Assembly: GCA_017443065.1 (NCBI GenBank)
Contig: JAFSPF010000079.1
Span: 11,326-75,325 of the forward strand
Direction of reading: 5' to 3'
Source: Lachnospiraceae bacterium
Lineage (GTDB): Bacteria; Bacillota; Clostridia; Lachnospirales; Lachnospiraceae
DNA: 64,000 nt
This document shows positions 12,164-21,545 of this stretch, piece by piece (positions within the stretch are counted from its first letter, which is position 1; each line of letters starts with the position of its first letter). Both the position numbers and the translations under genes were made by a program. The notes beneath the pieces were generated by a model. The model saw only the letters and a program-made list of their open reading frames with translations. It was not told the origin of the DNA and made no database searches.

Positions 12164-14077
12164 ATGGATCTTTACGGAAAAAACCAGTTACAACGTTATA
12201 CGGAACTGACCAGCCGCATCCGCGAGCTGTCTTCGCCGCAATTAAGCGAGCTGGACGACGCGGAACGCTACCGGGAGACGCTGGTCTCGAACTTTGCCAG
12301 GATCGGTGAGCTGGCACGGCTGAACCGGGATATCCTGCAGAGCTTCTACTACCCGATGCTGCAATCCGAGGATCCGCTGTCCCCGGAGAGCATCGAAGCC
12401 ATGCGTGCCTTCTCCGGCATGCTGATTGACGCCTACAGCATGGAAAACCTGGATCTGCCGATCGTTTACCTGCAGTCGAAGCGCCTCCTGAAGGATGCGG
12501 AGCAAAAGCAGGATCTTGCGCTCATCATCCGTGCGCTGGACGATCTCGTAATCTCCTCTTATACTATGATGCACATGACCTGCCGGCTCGCGCCGACCTA
12601 CACGATCTGCTATGAATACCGCGACATCGGTCTGGAGGCCGCAAGGCGGATTCTCACCTGGCTGGAGCCGGAGCGCTTTGAGCAACTTCCGGATGACGAA
12701 ACCAAGGAGATCGTGCTGATCAACGCGCGTTATATCTGCACGCTCTTTGAACGCGGGGATGCCTACGGAGATGAGAAGATCAACGCGGAGGATCTCGCGG
12801 TTTTGGAGCGGGCGCTGTCCCTTTCCGAAAATCCCTTCTACCGGCAGCACGCGCCGACCTATGACTGGACCTATCACAACTTCCGTACGCTGGAATACAT
12901 CTGCTCCCTCAATGCCTTCGGCAATGTCCGCGGCTTTGGCGACACGCAGCTGCAGCGCATCTGTGACTGCGCAAAGGCGCTGGAACGTCTCTTTACGCGG
13001 GAGGAACGGACGCTGTCCGCTTACGGCGCCCGCAGCACGATCGATCTGCTTTGCGTGCGTGCGCAGTATTACGCAAAGGAAATCTCCGTCGAAGAATACA
13101 AGACCCGCCTGCTCGCGATCAGCGCCACCGCGGACCCGCAGGACTTTTCCTTCCACTCCACGATGATTCATTTCTTCGTGCCGCTGGAATACCTCATCGT
13201 CCTTAACAAAAAACGTCTGAAGGCTGCGGAGGAGACGGCGCTGGCCTCGTTTTACACGCAGATGATCGCCTACCTGCACCGCATGCCCAAGCAGGGATCG
13301 CTCACCTTTATCCTGACCTTCCTTGCGGACATCATGCAGCACTTCATTGAGGTACCGGAGGGTCCGGATTTTGAAACGCTGTGCCTGGAGATCATGGCGG
13401 CGCTTCATCCGCAGACCTATGTGCATACGCTCAACGTGGCGGACTTCAGCGCCTGCCTGACGACGCATCTCGTGCGGTTGCATCCGGAGCTCTTCTTCGA
13501 CTGCACCGGCTGCAGCACGGAGGCGCAGGTACGGCAGAAATCCGCGGAGCTGCGCAGCTTTGTTTATCACGCGGCGCTGATGCATGACATCGGCAAGCTC
13601 TTCATCATCGAACACATCCTGACCTACGAGCGGGATCTCTTCTCGCAGGAATTTGACATCATCCGCACGCACCCGGCCTTCGGCGCGGACCTTTTGGAGC
13701 GCTTCAATCATCTGCGTCCTTATGCGGACATGGCGCGCGGACACCACCGCTTCTTCAACGGGCAGGGCGGGTACCCGGAAAATTTCGATATCGACAAATC
13801 CCCCTACAAGACGCTGATCGCCATCCTCACCTGCGCGGACTGCCTGGACGCCGCGACGGACACCGTCGGTCGCAGCTACAAAAAGGCAAAGACCCTGGAT
13901 CAGTTCCTGGAGGAGATGCGCGCGGAGAGCGGCACGCGCTACGCGCCGTACATGGTGGAATTAATGGAACGCCCCGAGGTCCAGAAGGACATCAGGGCGC
14001 TGTTGCAGGTCACAAGAGAACAAAACTACCGGAACACCTATCACGTGCTGGAATCCGTATTCCGCAAGACCTCTTAA
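12164..14077 (+). CDS. HD-GYP domain protein with a long uncharacterised N-terminal domain
   Basis: C-terminal HDIGK and GHHRFFNGQGGYP (HD-GYP signature). ATG at 12164 is preceded by GGGGTGGGG. Confidence 0.8.
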   Translation: MDLYGKNQLQRYTELTSRIRELSSPQLSELDDAERYRETLVSNFARIGELARLNRDILQSFYYPMLQSEDPLSPESIEAMRAFSGMLIDAYSMENLDLPIVYLQSKRLLKDAEQKQDLALIIRALDDLVISSYTMMHMTCRLAPTYTICYEYRDIGLEAARRILTWLEPERFEQLPDDETKEIVLINARYICTLFERGDAYGDEKINAEDLAVLERALSLSENPFYRQHAPTYDWTYHNFRTLEYICSLNAFGNVRGFGDTQLQRICDCAKALERLFTREERTLSAYGARSTIDLLCVRAQYYAKEISVEEYKTRLLAISATADPQDFSFHSTMIHFFVPLEYLIVLNKKRLKAAEETALASFYTQMIAYLHRMPKQGSLTFILTFLADIMQHFIEVPEGPDFETLCLEIMAALHPQTYVHTLNVADFSACLTTHLVRLHPELFFDCTGCSTEAQVRQKSAELRSFVYHAALMHDIGKLFIIEHILTYERDLFSQEFDIIRTHPAFGADLLERFNHLRPYADMARGHHRFFNGQGGYPENFDIDKSPYKTLIAILTCADCLDAATDTVGRSYKKAKTLDQFLEEMRAESGTRYAPYMVELMERPEVQKDIRALLQVTREQNYRNTYHVLESVFRKTS

Positions 14078-16749
14078 CTGTTCTCATCCATATACAGCTG
14101 CAGTCTGCTTTGCAAAATGCGCGCGCACTCCTGCGCGCTTTTTTGTCCCGCGAAGAAGGGCTTGACCTCCTCCTGCACGATGTTCATGATCGTTTCGTTG
14201 TAGCTGTAGGCAACATCGACACCCTCCAGAAAATCCATCAGCATATCCGCCTCTTCCTTTGTCAGGGGCGGGATCGTGATTTCCTCACCGCCGACGTAAT
14301 AGGTCTCGTCAAAATACACGGTCTCTCCGGTCAGGGCATCCACATAGGAATCCCGCTCCATGGATTTGTCCGCCTTCTCCTGCAGCTTGCTTTTGGAAAC
14401 GGGGAAGGCCCAGCCGCTGATAAAGCGTTCCTGGTATTCGTCCATCAGGAAGGTGCGCATGAAGGCCCAGCAGCCGTCCTTGTTTTCGCTTTCGGCATTC
14501 ATCGCGATGCGTGCGGTCGCCATGATCGTGTGGCCGCCCTCTCCCTCCTCGCGCGGGAAGCCGACAAAGGCCACCTCCTCGCCGAAGGTGCCGTACTTTA
14601 ACTGGGTATAGGCCTTGAAGCTCCCCATGAAGGTCTGGGCGATCAGCGCCTGCCCGTTCCGGTAAAGCGCGTCCTGGTCCTGATCCCACCAGCTGTCGTC
14701 GATCTCCTCCTCCGAGGGGAATTTCTTTGCGACATCCAGCAGATCGATGAACTGCTGCGAATCAAACTTTGCCTTCTGCTCATTCCAGTCGATATAGCTT
14801 GCGCCGTCGAAAACGAGCGCCTGGAAGACGAGGTTCATGTTGGTGATCGGATAGCCGAACATCGTCTGCGCGGGGATCCCGCGTTCCTGCGCGATCCGCT
14901 CCATCTCCCGGAAGGTCCAGCCCGTCACGCTCTCCGCGTCCGACTGCTTCATGGCGTAGGTGCGCAGCGTGAACGCCGGCACCAGGAGATACATCTCTCC
15001 CTTGTAACGGTAAGCATCGAAGACATTGGTCATGTAATCCTTCATCTCAATGTCCGGATCGTTTTCGATATAGGCATCCAGCGGTTCAAAGACGCCCTTC
15101 GCTTCATAGGATTCGATCTGCGCCTCATCCGCAAGGATCATGATATCCGGCGCTTCTCCTGAAACGATGTCCGCATTCATCTGAACCAGCGCCTGGTCAT
15201 AGCTGCCGTCCGACGCCTCCCGGGAGTATTCCTTCACCTGTATGCGGCAGTCGCGGTTTTCTTTGTTGAATGCGAAGACCGCGCTGCGGACCTCGGAATC
15301 CAGCCAGAAGCAGCCGAGCGTCAGCACCTGCTTGTCCGGCACCTCCCCGGGCGGCACCTTCTTCAGCCTGGCCAGGCGGTAGCTGTTGCCCCCGTCTTCC
15401 CCCGCGTAGTAAAACGCGATCAGCTCCTCTTCGCTGACCTGCACCATGGACTCCAGGGAATCAATGTTCAAGTCCGAATCAATAAAACCGAAGAGCTGCT
15501 CCGGTTCCTCCGACTTCAGATCCCAGGTATAGACGCCGGTGTTGTCGGAGAGCAGAAAGTTGCCGTCAAAAGCGGGCTGCAGGTTATACAGGTTAAAGAT
15601 ACTGCTGATCGCGGGCGCAACCGCGATGTCCTCCGGATTATCCCCGGCATTCCGGTCCACGCGGATCAGATGCTCCGTGTCGTCCTGATATGCGCGCACA
15701 TAGACGCGGCCGTCTCCGCTCATGACCATGTCCGTCCACTCTTCGGATGCATACACCGTTTCGATGAACCTGCCGTCCTCTCCCGTGTAAAGGGATACAC
15801 CGCGCGTATCGCTCACATAAACGCCGTGTCCGCCGACATAAAGGATGGCGCCGACGCTGTACCACTCCGCGTCCTCATCCTGCAGCTCCGTTTCCCAGAC
15901 GACCTTTCCCTTCGCGTCGAACTTGACGAGAAGGTAGCGTTCGCCCTGCGTGACATCACTGTCCGGCGAAAGCGTGTCCGTGATGACGCGGTCCTCCTCC
16001 GTGCCGTCCTCCGCATTTTCCTCTTCCTCCGTGGCTTCCTGCAACTGAAACGGCGCGGGCGCAGCGGGCATGAGATCCCCCGCGGCGATCGTCTTCAGCG
16101 CATAGGTGCTGCCGTCTTCGCCCGGCACCATGGAGCCGTACCAGATCCCGCCCTCCGTAATGCGGTCCAGGACAATCGTTTCCGCCCGTGCGGCATCCGG
16201 CGCAAAGCGCAGGGTGAACACCGTGGTGGTGTTTGTCATCCCCTCCACCATGCCGGGGTACATCTCCGGCTCCTCGGGCTCCGCGGGGGTCTCTTCCCCC
16301 GTGTCGCTTTTTTCGCCGCCCGCGGTATGCATCTGCGGTTCGTCCGTTTCGCCCGTACCGGACGATGCGTCGCCGCCGGCCGCATGCATCTGCGACTCGT
16401 CTTCCTCCCGCGGTTCGGGTGCGGGCGCCGTGTCCGTCTCCCCGCCTTCTTCGCCCTCCTCCTCCGGCAGGGTGAAGTCATAATGCATGCCGAAGGCGCG
16501 CACCTCTCCGTCAATAAAATACAAACGACCGGAGAGGTCCTCTGCGGGAAACTCCAGTCCTTCCAGTTTCAGCTCTTCTTCGCGGTAAACCCTGTTTTTG
16601 TCAATGCCGCCCGTCACCTCCTCCGTCACGGGCGGTACGTTATCTCCTTCCGTGCCGGACGTTCCGGAGGTGCCCGCACCTCCCCCGCCGCAGGAAATGA
16701 GCGAAATCATCATGCCGAACCATACGATCTTCCGAATCTTCTTTTTCAT
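14074..16749 (-). CDS. giant lipoprotein: N-terminal repeat/acidic domain fused to a family-1 extracellular solute-binding domain
   Basis: The lipobox signal is MKKKIRKIVWFGMMISLISCGG. The C-terminal ~420 aa resemble a CUT1-type solute-binding protein. The N-terminal ~450 aa hold an acidic low-complexity stretch and beta-strand repeats. GGGAGAG RBS before the ATG at 16749. Confidence 0.8.
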   Translation of the reverse strand: MKKKIRKIVWFGMMISLISCGGGGAGTSGTSGTEGDNVPPVTEEVTGGIDKNRVYREEELKLEGLEFPAEDLSGRLYFIDGEVRAFGMHYDFTLPEEEGEEGGETDTAPAPEPREEDESQMHAAGGDASSGTGETDEPQMHTAGGEKSDTGEETPAEPEEPEMYPGMVEGMTNTTTVFTLRFAPDAARAETIVLDRITEGGIWYGSMVPGEDGSTYALKTIAAGDLMPAAPAPFQLQEATEEEENAEDGTEEDRVITDTLSPDSDVTQGERYLLVKFDAKGKVVWETELQDEDAEWYSVGAILYVGGHGVYVSDTRGVSLYTGEDGRFIETVYASEEWTDMVMSGDGRVYVRAYQDDTEHLIRVDRNAGDNPEDIAVAPAISSIFNLYNLQPAFDGNFLLSDNTGVYTWDLKSEEPEQLFGFIDSDLNIDSLESMVQVSEEELIAFYYAGEDGGNSYRLARLKKVPPGEVPDKQVLTLGCFWLDSEVRSAVFAFNKENRDCRIQVKEYSREASDGSYDQALVQMNADIVSGEAPDIMILADEAQIESYEAKGVFEPLDAYIENDPDIEMKDYMTNVFDAYRYKGEMYLLVPAFTLRTYAMKQSDAESVTGWTFREMERIAQERGIPAQTMFGYPITNMNLVFQALVFDGASYIDWNEQKAKFDSQQFIDLLDVAKKFPSEEEIDDSWWDQDQDALYRNGQALIAQTFMGSFKAYTQLKYGTFGEEVAFVGFPREEGEGGHTIMATARIAMNAESENKDGCWAFMRTFLMDEYQERFISGWAFPVSKSKLQEKADKSMERDSYVDALTGETVYFDETYYVGGEEITIPPLTKEEADMLMDFLEGVDVAYSYNETIMNIVQEEVKPFFAGQKSAQECARILQSRLQLYMDENS

Positions 16750-16763
16750 ATTCTCTCCCGAAG

Positions 16764-17879
16764 TCACAGGCGCTTCCTTTTGCGCTGCTGTGTATATGTT
16801 TTTGCACGCATCTCATACACCCTGTCGCTGAAGCGTGTCCATAAGCCGTGCGCCGTCCATTCTTTGCGGCGGTAGCGGTAAACGATCTCCCAGATGATGA
16901 GGATCACGGGAATCAGGATGCACAGCGCCTGCAGAATCACGACCGGTGCCAGCACATCCTCCGTGCCGCGCGCCAGGTTCTCCCAGTAGGGGTAGCTGAT
17001 GGCATTTCCCGTCATGGAACGCGTGCCGAAATCCTTCCACACCGAAAGCAGCGGAAAGGTGCGGAAGCGTTTCGTCTGGTCCACAACCTCCATGCTGTCC
17101 GCGTCAAAGCCCAGTGTATCGCGGACGAGCTTTTCCGCAAAGCCCGACACCGGATCCGGCAGAATCAGCTCATAGGAGCTCATCCGGTCCAGATCATGGC
17201 GGAGTTTTCCGTATTCCTTTAAGGCGGAAGCGGGCAGATACATCAGCGCGCCGTCCGCGCCCGCCGCTTCCCGCATCCTGCCGTCCGCGGTCTTCACCAC
17301 GCCGCTGATGCGGAAGGACGTGCCGCCGATCTGCACCGTCTGTCCCGCGATATCGGAGCCGCCGAAGAGCTGCCAGGCCAGCGTCTCATCGATGAGGATC
17401 TGATCCTGCATCAGCGCGTCCGCCATGTAGTACATGCCGCTTTTGAGCTCCACCGGATGCAGGTAAAAGAAATCCCCGCCCGTTCCGATGGCCTTTGCCT
17501 CCGCGACCTTTTTGTCATGGACGATCGTCACGCTGCCGTCACAGGAATAACAGTCCAGAAAAAGACGCCCCTTGCTGTCCGCATCCGCCTCGATCGCATT
17601 TGTTGTCAGGGCGCTCTCCATGCGGTAGGTAAATTCCTTATACCGCTCCGGCTCCACCGTGACCTGATCGGCAAAGTAGCAGCCGATCTGCGCGTAGCCG
17701 CCCTCCGGCGCAAAGCGCCTCGCGCCGGCGACATCCGGAAGCGCGGAAACACTCCTTGCGCGGAATACGGTCAGGCCGACAAACAGTATACCACAGATTG
17801 CGATTATCAGCAGTCTGCGCTTCATCCGCTTGTCCGGCTTCGGAAGCTTTATTTTTTTGAAGAAATCCTTCTTCATCAA
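16764..17879 (-). CDS. bitopic membrane protein with a MacB-like periplasmic core domain but no FtsX four-TM module
   Basis: One N-terminal and one C-terminal TM helix. The central motif ILIDETLAWQLFGGSDIAGQTVQIGGTSFRISGVVK is typical of the MacB periplasmic core domain. The start overlaps the upstream gene's stop. Confidence 0.65.
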   Translation of the reverse strand: MMKKDFFKKIKLPKPDKRMKRRLLIIAICGILFVGLTVFRARSVSALPDVAGARRFAPEGGYAQIGCYFADQVTVEPERYKEFTYRMESALTTNAIEADADSKGRLFLDCYSCDGSVTIVHDKKVAEAKAIGTGGDFFYLHPVELKSGMYYMADALMQDQILIDETLAWQLFGGSDIAGQTVQIGGTSFRISGVVKTADGRMREAAGADGALMYLPASALKEYGKLRHDLDRMSSYELILPDPVSGFAEKLVRDTLGFDADSMEVVDQTKRFRTFPLLSVWKDFGTRSMTGNAISYPYWENLARGTEDVLAPVVILQALCILIPVILIIWEIVYRYRRKEWTAHGLWTRFSDRVYEMRAKTYTQQRKRKRL

Positions 17880-19537
17880 TACCCCGTCTCCGCGAGCCTC
17901 ACTTCCTGTCCCGGCTCGATATTCGCGTTTGCGGTCGTGATCACGTATTCATAGCCCTCGATCGCGGCGTTGATCGCGGTGGTGGTGTCATCTGAGGCCA
18001 GCACCTCCACGTCCACGCGCCGCGCGATGTAGCGGTTGCGCAAAGGCGAGGACTTCTGCTGCACGATCAGCACGAACTTTCCGTTGTTGTCCTCCTTGAT
18101 CGCGGAGTTCGGCACGGTCATTTCATAGTTTTTCTGTGACTCCCCGATGCGGATGTTCACGGTCTGTCCCGTCTGCACCTCCGGGGAATCAATGGAAATC
18201 GTCACCTGCCTGCGGTTGCCGGGATCCTCCGGGTCCGGACGGATGGCGGTGATCTGCGCCTTGAATTCGGAGTAACGCCAGGCATCCTGCGGGTCCACGA
18301 CATCTCCCTGCTTTAAGCTCCTTGCCTGCTCCGCCGTCACGGTGAATTTCATCGTCATGGCCTTGCCCTTGACCTGGATGACGGCGGCAGTCTCATTCGC
18401 CTGCATCGTCTGTCCGGCGGCGTAGTTGATGCTGGTGACGCGCCCGTCCACGGGGGATTTCACTTCGCTTCCGAGACTCTGCTCCTGCAGCTTTGCCACC
18501 TTTTCCACCGCCAGGGAAAGGCTTTCGTATTTACCGGAGAGCGTCAGCTCCGACTGGATGTTGCCGATCGCCGCCTCCCTGGTGGTCTTTGCCGTTTCCA
18601 CGGAAACCGCGGTCTGCGCCTTTCTGGCCTCCAGCTCCAGGCGCTTCGTGTTGTATTCCAGCTCCAGCGCCGCCTTCTGCTGCTCATACTGTGCGGTCCA
18701 GATATCGGCGTTGCGCTTGTTTTCCGCCATCTGGTTTTGCAGCTCCTGTTTTTTTGCGACCACGCCCGCGAGCTGACCCTCAAGCTGTGCTTTCTTTGTT
18801 TGCGCTGCTGACTTTACATTCGGGTCGGTGATCGTTGTATCATTAATAATCGCGTCCTGTGCCGCAATCTGCGTATTCAGATTGGTCTCTTCCGTCGTCA
18901 GCTTCGAAATCTCCGCCTCCGCATTCGCATTGGCGATCGTGATATCCGTCACGTCCACCGGCTTCAGTGCGCCGATCTTCACGTCATACTCCGCCTTTAA
19001 AAGCTCTAAGTCCGAAGCCGCCTGCGTGTCCGCGGCAACGGCGTTGTTGTAAGCATCGTTCACTTCACGCAGGCGCTGCTGGTAGCTCGCGGCCGTGCCG
19101 CTCTGTCCGTTCCGGACACGGGTAATGATTTCATCCGTGACATCGCCGGTGAAGAGCGCCAGCTCATACTGGTTTTCTAGCTCCTGCAGTTCCTTCATGG
19201 CGGCTTCCAGCTCCTCGGATTCCTGTCCCTCCAGCACGAAGAGCACATCGCCCTGCTTCACCTCATCCCCCACCTTCACGGACACGGATGCGATGCGCCT
19301 CGTTTCCTTCGGTTCGATGTTGTACGGATCATCCGCCTCCACCACACCCGAGGCCCTGATCTGCGGTGAGACACTGCCCTGCTGCACATAGGCCGTCGCC
19401 ACCTCCGGCAAAGACCAGTTTTGTATCGTGCCGGAGAAAAAGGTCAGCACCAGCATCACCGCAAGAAACACGATGAGAATGTTTTTGACCAGGTCCTTGC
19501 GCTTCTGCGCGCGTTTCTCTTCTTTTGTTGCCGCCAT
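17876..19537 (-). CDS. HlyD/MacA-family periplasmic adaptor-like protein
   Basis: N-terminal TM helix, lipoyl-like segments (VKVGDEVKQGDVLF), a long coiled coil and a C-terminal beta-barrel region. AAGGGGAG RBS. Confidence 0.8.
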   Translation of the reverse strand: MAATKEEKRAQKRKDLVKNILIVFLAVMLVLTFFSGTIQNWSLPEVATAYVQQGSVSPQIRASGVVEADDPYNIEPKETRRIASVSVKVGDEVKQGDVLFVLEGQESEELEAAMKELQELENQYELALFTGDVTDEIITRVRNGQSGTAASYQQRLREVNDAYNNAVAADTQAASDLELLKAEYDVKIGALKPVDVTDITIANANAEAEISKLTTEETNLNTQIAAQDAIINDTTITDPNVKSAAQTKKAQLEGQLAGVVAKKQELQNQMAENKRNADIWTAQYEQQKAALELEYNTKRLELEARKAQTAVSVETAKTTREAAIGNIQSELTLSGKYESLSLAVEKVAKLQEQSLGSEVKSPVDGRVTSINYAAGQTMQANETAAVIQVKGKAMTMKFTVTAEQARSLKQGDVVDPQDAWRYSEFKAQITAIRPDPEDPGNRRQVTISIDSPEVQTGQTVNIRIGESQKNYEMTVPNSAIKEDNNGKFVLIVQQKSSPLRNRYIARRVDVEVLASDDTTTAINAAIEGYEYVITTANANIEPGQEVRLAETGY

Positions 19538-19551
19538 AGCTTACTCCCCTT

Positions 19552-20502
19552 TTAACCCTTAATTCCACCCTGGTAGGTAATGCCTTCGACCAGGTAGTCC
19601 TCTCCGTATAAAAACAGCAGCAGCGGCGGTATCATGTAGATGACCGCGACCGCAAAGGCCAGCGAAATCTCGCCGCTGTTGATCTTTGACAAAAACACGC
19701 TCAGCGGATGCAGCTCCTCGTCCGGCAGGAGGATTAAGGGCTGCTCCACCATGTTCCAGAAATCGATAAACAAAAGGATCGCGACGGAAAAAATCCCGCT
19801 CCTGCACAGCGGCACGCAGATCCTCGAAAACATCTGCCACTCTCCCGCCCCGTCGATCTGCGCCGCCTCGAACACCGAGGACGGAATCCTGCGGATGAAC
19901 TTCGTCAGCAGGTAAACCGCAAAGGGCGAAAAGATCCCCGGCAGCCAAATCGCCCAGCGCGTGCCGGTGATGCCGAGATAATTCGACACAAGGAAGTTCG
20001 GCACCAGCGTCACCTGATAAGGCATCAGCACCAGAATCACGTAGGAGAAGAAAATGATCCCGCGGATCTTCCCCCGGTATCTGGCAAAGCCGTAGGAGGC
20101 CAGCATCGCCACAAAGAGCTGGAACAACACGATCGGCACGACATAGATCACGGAGTTCCAGAACTTCAGCAGGTACTCCGGGCTCCGGAAGAGAACGCTG
20201 CCGTACTGTGCAAAGCTCACCATGTCCGGAATGAACTTCAGAGTTACGGTCTTCGAGATAAAGACCTTTCCGCCGGACTGCGTTGTGGCAAAGACAGAGC
20301 CGTAATTGGCGCTGATCTCCGAGGCGCTCATGAAGGAGTTCGTGATCGTCAGGATGATCGGAATCAGGAAGGCCACGGAGATGACGAGCAGCACCACCGT
20401 ACCCGTGCCGATCCGGATGCCCTCCCCGATCTCTTTTCTTTTTTTGCGTCGGGAGGCGGCCTTATGCGCCGCGTCCCGCTCAATCCTCAACGTCTCTTCC
20501 AA
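19552..20502 (-). CDS. carbohydrate (CUT1) ABC transporter permease, MalG-like
   Basis: Six TM helices. EAA-like loop (FEAAQIDGAGEWQMF). Confidence 0.88.
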   Translation of the reverse strand: MEETLRIERDAAHKAASRRKKRKEIGEGIRIGTGTVVLLVISVAFLIPIILTITNSFMSASEISANYGSVFATTQSGGKVFISKTVTLKFIPDMVSFAQYGSVLFRSPEYLLKFWNSVIYVVPIVLFQLFVAMLASYGFARYRGKIRGIIFFSYVILVLMPYQVTLVPNFLVSNYLGITGTRWAIWLPGIFSPFAVYLLTKFIRRIPSSVFEAAQIDGAGEWQMFSRICVPLCRSGIFSVAILLFIDFWNMVEQPLILLPDEELHPLSVFLSKINSGEISLAFAVAVIYMIPPLLLFLYGEDYLVEGITYQGGIKG

Positions 20503-21427
20503 AATGATCTTCCGCCTTATACATGATAAAGAACAACACGATAATCACGAGCGACATGATGATGGCCGCACTGGACAGCTTCTGGTAATCCAGGGATCGG
20601 AAGGTGTTGTTCATGTAATGCTGCAGCATATAGAGCGAGCTCACCGGGTAATCCCCCGCGAGCAGGTACACCTCACGGAACACCTTGAAGGAGCTGATTA
20701 ACGACATGATCGTGACGAAGACGATCGTCGCGGAAAGGTACCGGAGCTTGATCTTAAAAAAGATCTGATGCCTGCCGGCGCCCTCCAGCTGCGCCACCTC
20801 GATCAGATCCTTCGGAACGCTGGAAAGCGCCGCCATGAACAGGATCATGTTATAGCCTAAGTTCTTCCATAAAAAGAGCAGCACGACCGGGATCTGCGCG
20901 TGCGCGGATTTGAACCAGTCGATCTTTGTAATGCCCAGCACCGTGATCAGCTCATTCACCAGGCCGTTGTAATGAAAGAGCACCTGCCAGATCAGCACCA
21001 CCGATGCGATCGGCACCATGATCGGCGAAAGGAAGAAGGTGCGGAACTTGCTCTTCATGGGGATCTTCGATTCCATGACCGCCGCCAGGAAGAGCGAGCC
21101 GATCACCGCCAGCGGCACCGCCGTAAAGGAAAAGCGCAGCGTGTTGAGCCCCGCCTGGCGGAAGGCCTCGTTGTTCCAGACGCTGATAAAGTTCTTCAGT
21201 CCGACAAAACGTCCCTGCACCGGATTGTTGACCAGGGAATAATAGATGACCACGAGGAAGGGGATGACAAAGAACACCAGCACGCCGATGATGCTGGGCG
21301 ATAAATAGAACATCGAAACATAACGCGCACGGCGCTCATGCTTCGATTGCCGGTGGCGGATTCCCCTGCCGTCACCGGTCTTTTTCCGTATCCCTTTTAC
21401 CCTCATAAAACTTTTCTTCTCTGCCAT
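20480..21427 (-). CDS. carbohydrate (CUT1) ABC transporter permease, MalF-like
   Basis: EAA loop (IEVAQLEGAGRHQIFFKI) and multi-TM profile. The start is uncertain: ATG at 21427 or 21406. The track start at 21529 gives an implausible Arg-rich leader. Confidence 0.85.
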   Translation of the reverse strand: MAEKKSFMRVKGIRKKTGDGRGIRHRQSKHERRARYVSMFYLSPSIIGVLVFFVIPFLVVIYYSLVNNPVQGRFVGLKNFISVWNNEAFRQAGLNTLRFSFTAVPLAVIGSLFLAAVMESKIPMKSKFRTFFLSPIMVPIASVVLIWQVLFHYNGLVNELITVLGITKIDWFKSAHAQIPVVLLFLWKNLGYNMILFMAALSSVPKDLIEVAQLEGAGRHQIFFKIKLRYLSATIVFVTIMSLISSFKVFREVYLLAGDYPVSSLYMLQHYMNNTFRSLDYQKLSSAAIIMSLVIIVLFFIMYKAEDHFGRDVED

Positions 21428-21545
21428 AACGGTGCGGGCCGCGCTACCCTTTCGCAGCCCGTCACCATTATACTTCCGTCTTGTGACAAACTTGTGACGT
21501 ACACCTCCTCCGCAGCGGCTTCGGGCCATACGCCTTTGCCACGTC

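Noticed and set aside
12242-13747. 501-aa minus-strand ORF antisense to the HD-GYP gene
   Set aside because: It is Arg/Leu/Val-rich with no motifs. The plus-strand frame carries clear HD-GYP signatures and a proper RBS. This is a typical shadow ORF of a high-GC3 gene.
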